This document shows, piece after piece, positions 63,822-64,000 of a stretch of 64,000 nt of DNA (within the stretch, counting starts at the first letter, position 1; every line of letters starts with the position of its first letter). The DNA is from Squalus acanthias (Eukaryota). The notes below the pieces were generated by a model that ran no database searches, was not told where the DNA came from, and saw nothing but the letters and a program-made list of their open reading frames with translations. A program made the position numbers and the translations under genes. The DNA is taken from positions 3,286,001 to 3,350,000 of the forward strand of contig CM059433.1 of the NCBI GenBank assembly GCA_030390025.1, given 5' to 3'.

Positions 63822-64000
63822 CAGCACAACACACTCACACACACAACACACACACACACACACACAACACACTCACACACAACACACACACACACACAAC
63901 ACACACAACACACACACACACAACACACACACACACACAACACACACGCACCACACACACACACGCACCACACACGCACCACACACACACACACACAACA
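63822..64000. repeat. Imperfect (CA)n microsatellite
   Basis: Directly visible and runs to the window end. Confidence 0.95.

Noticed and set aside
1..64000. Prokaryote-type defence or RNA-guided system (Cas, TnpB/Fanzor, retron)
   Set aside because: I saw no RuvC, HNH or retron-type motifs. All RT motifs belong to CR1/L2-group LINEs.

Overview
Eukaryotic, repeat-dominated DNA, almost certainly from a cartilaginous fish (shark-type HE1/V-SINEs, SacSINE1-like DeuSINEs, many CR1 and L2 LINEs). I recognise no intact host protein-coding gene, rRNA, tRNA gene or CRISPR array; nearly all long ORFs in the track are LINE or transposase relics or simple-repeat artefacts. Contents: many CR1 fragments plus one near-full-length CR1 (42091-47534), L2 copies, a second CR1/L2-group LINE family, a decayed two-gene Harbinger transposon (Myb/SANT gene plus HARBI1-like transposase carrying a ~63-unit 15-bp minisatellite), two Harbinger deletion derivatives, and many GGG..AATT-TIR non-autonomous elements. 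Also present are an LTR with an exact tRNA-Arg primer-binding site and a gag-like ORF, a probable solo LTR, and three Penelope-like 3' ends with covarying minimal hammerhead ribozyme cores, two of them as TSD-flanked hairpin insertions. The best leads are the hammerhead-bearing Penelope inserts, the LTR/gag element, the minisatellite-expanded transposase and the enrichment of consensus splice donors in the MITEs. Family names come from recalled motifs, not database searches, and many boundaries are approximate.
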